IMG/VR virus record: IMGVR_UViG_3300038393_001280
Span: 1 to 33,494 of that record
DNA from: a virus
Taxonomy: Duplodnaviria > Caudoviricetes
Reading direction: 5' to 3' (one strand)
Length of the DNA stretch: 33,494 nt
Positions 32,186 to 33,494 of the stretch are shown here, piece after piece; position 1 is the stretch's first letter; each line of letters begins with the position of its first letter. The translations under genes and the position numbers were made by a program. The notes under the pieces were generated by a model that was given only the letters and a program-made list of their open reading frames with translations, was not told where the DNA came from and did no database searches.

Positions 32186-33494
32186 ATGAAGCTGCCTCCC
32201 ATCGCTTGGCGCCCGCACCCCGGCAGCCAGGTCCATTTCCTGTCCTGCCCCGTCTTCGAGTGCCTGCTGGAGGGCACCCGGGGCGGCGGCAAGACGGACG
32301 CCCTCCTGATGTCCTTCGCCCAGTTCGTGGGCGTGGGGTTCGGCCCGGCGTGGCGCGGCGTGCTGTTCCGCGAGACGTACCCGCAGCTCGCCGATGTCGT
32401 CAAGAAATCCAAGCGCTGGTTTCGCCAGTTCTGGCCGGCGGCCAAGTTCAACGAGGCCGACTTCCGCTGGACCTTTCCGACTGGCGAGGAATTGCTGCTG
32501 CGCCATGGCCGGGTGGAGGACGACTACTGGAACTACCACGGCCACGAGTACCCGTGGATCGGCTTTGAGGAGCTGACCAACTGGCGGGACGCCGGCTTCT
32601 ACGAGTCCATGCACTCGTGCTGCCGCTCGAGCCAGCCGGGCATGCCGCGGATGATCCGGGCCACGACCAACCCCTACGGCCGGGGGCATGCATGGGTCAA
32701 GGAGCGCTTCTGCCTCGGCCGCGGCGGCGTTCCGCCCATGACCATCATCCGCGACCAGAATGGCCGGGAGCGGGCCTACGTGCATTCGGACATCCACGAG
32801 AACAGCACGCTCCTGGCGGTGGATCCGGACTATCTGGGCACGTTGGAGGGCACGCGCGACCCGAACCGGCGCAAGGCATGGCTGCACGGCGACTGGGACA
32901 TCAACATCGGCGCGTTCCTGGAGGGCGCATGGGATCCGGCGCGGCACATCGTCAAGCCGTTCCCGATCCCCGCGCACTGGAAGCTCTGGCAGGCCATGGA
33001 CTGGGGCTACGGCAAGCCCTATGCCGCGGGCTGGTTCGCCAAGGATCCCGAGGGCAAGACCTACCTGTTCCGCGAGCTGTACGGCTGCGCAAAGGACGAT
33101 GACGGCAAGCTGCTGCCCAACGTCGGTGTCAAGGAGACGCCCGACAAGGTGGCGCAGAAGATCAAGGCGCGCGAGGAGCACGATGAGCGCATGGGCTACG
33201 AGGTGAGCCTGCGCCTCACGGGCCCGGACCTGTTTGCCAAGGGCGGCGGGCAGTATGGGGTGCAGAACACGCACGCGCAGACGTTCCGGGCGGCCGGGCT
33301 GGTGTTTCGGCCCTGGTGGGCGGGCCCAGGCTCGCGCAAGGCCGGCGCGCTGCTGGTTAAGCAGGCATTCGAGCGGGACGAGCTGGCGATCTTCGAGACA
33401 TGCGTGCACACCATCCGCACCGTGCCGACGCTGGAGCCGGATCCAGACGATCCGGACGACGTTGACACTGAGGCCGAGGATCACGCCTTCGACA
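32186..33494 (+). CDS. terL: Terminase large subunit, 3'-truncated by window end
   Basis: MKLPPIAWRPHPGSQ, Walker A GTRGGGKT, Walker B IGFEEL, RATTNPYG.GH.WVK, nuclease AMDWG and EDHAFD. Confidence 0.95.
   Translation, partial: MKLPPIAWRPHPGSQVHFLSCPVFECLLEGTRGGGKTDALLMSFAQFVGVGFGPAWRGVLFRETYPQLADVVKKSKRWFRQFWPAAKFNEADFRWTFPTGEELLLRHGRVEDDYWNYHGHEYPWIGFEELTNWRDAGFYESMHSCCRSSQPGMPRMIRATTNPYGRGHAWVKERFCLGRGGVPPMTIIRDQNGRERAYVHSDIHENSTLLAVDPDYLGTLEGTRDPNRRKAWLHGDWDINIGAFLEGAWDPARHIVKPFPIPAHWKLWQAMDWGYGKPYAAGWFAKDPEGKTYLFRELYGCAKDDDGKLLPNVGVKETPDKVAQKIKAREEHDERMGYEVSLRLTGPDLFAKGGGQYGVQNTHAQTFRAAGLVFRPWWAGPGSRKAGALLVKQAFERDELAIFETCVHTIRTVPTLEPDPDDPDDVDTEAEDHAFD

Larger units (their letters stand above)
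1..33494. mobile_element. Temperate phage genome segment (excised/circularly permuted form), P22-like morphogenesis with lambdoid immunity
   Basis: Continuous phage gene content (tail, ejection, lysis, att, int, bet/exo, cI/cro, replication, nin, terminase) and no host housekeeping genes. Confidence 0.95.

Noticed and set aside
31510-32186. Group I intron or hammerhead ribozyme around the HNH gene
   Set aside because: terL is not interrupted, and I could not find group I core elements or the hammerhead CUGAUGA/GAAA core
1-33494. Diversity-generating retroelement, retron or invertible tail cassette
   Set aside because: No reverse transcriptase, no TR/VR pair and no invertase recognised in the window

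Overview
The window is part of a GC-rich temperate phage genome, probably P22/podovirus-like in morphogenesis, lambdoid in early control, and from a Betaproteobacterial (Burkholderiales-like) host. The host assignment is an inference. Order along the window: tail and ejection genes (1-8457, +); lysis cassette (8620-10104, +); an OB-less ATP-dependent ligase gene with a divergent Cys-rich gene; an apparently intact attP (3' end of tRNA-Ser, IHF site, arm repeats); P4-type integrase; a long leftward early operon (xis-like, HAD, MTase, modular ORFs, exo/bet); an immunity region with accessory genes, cI/cro and five 18-bp operators; a replication gene with an 11-bp iteron array; the nin region (RusA, NinB); terS; an HNH-AP2 gene; and a 3'-truncated terL. 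Phage genes on both sides of att indicate an excised/circular or permuted genome rather than a prophage edge. The most notable items are a GH12 glycosidase domain among the tail genes, a split tail gene whose second half has a new N-terminal peptide, a twice-repeated late-promoter motif with no Q gene visible, an unannotated transmembrane micropeptide in the lysis cassette, a self-contained two-gene membrane module plus a signal-peptide HNH in the rexAB-equivalent slot, and several apparently leaderless genes. All family assignments are from motif recognition by eye. No searches were run.
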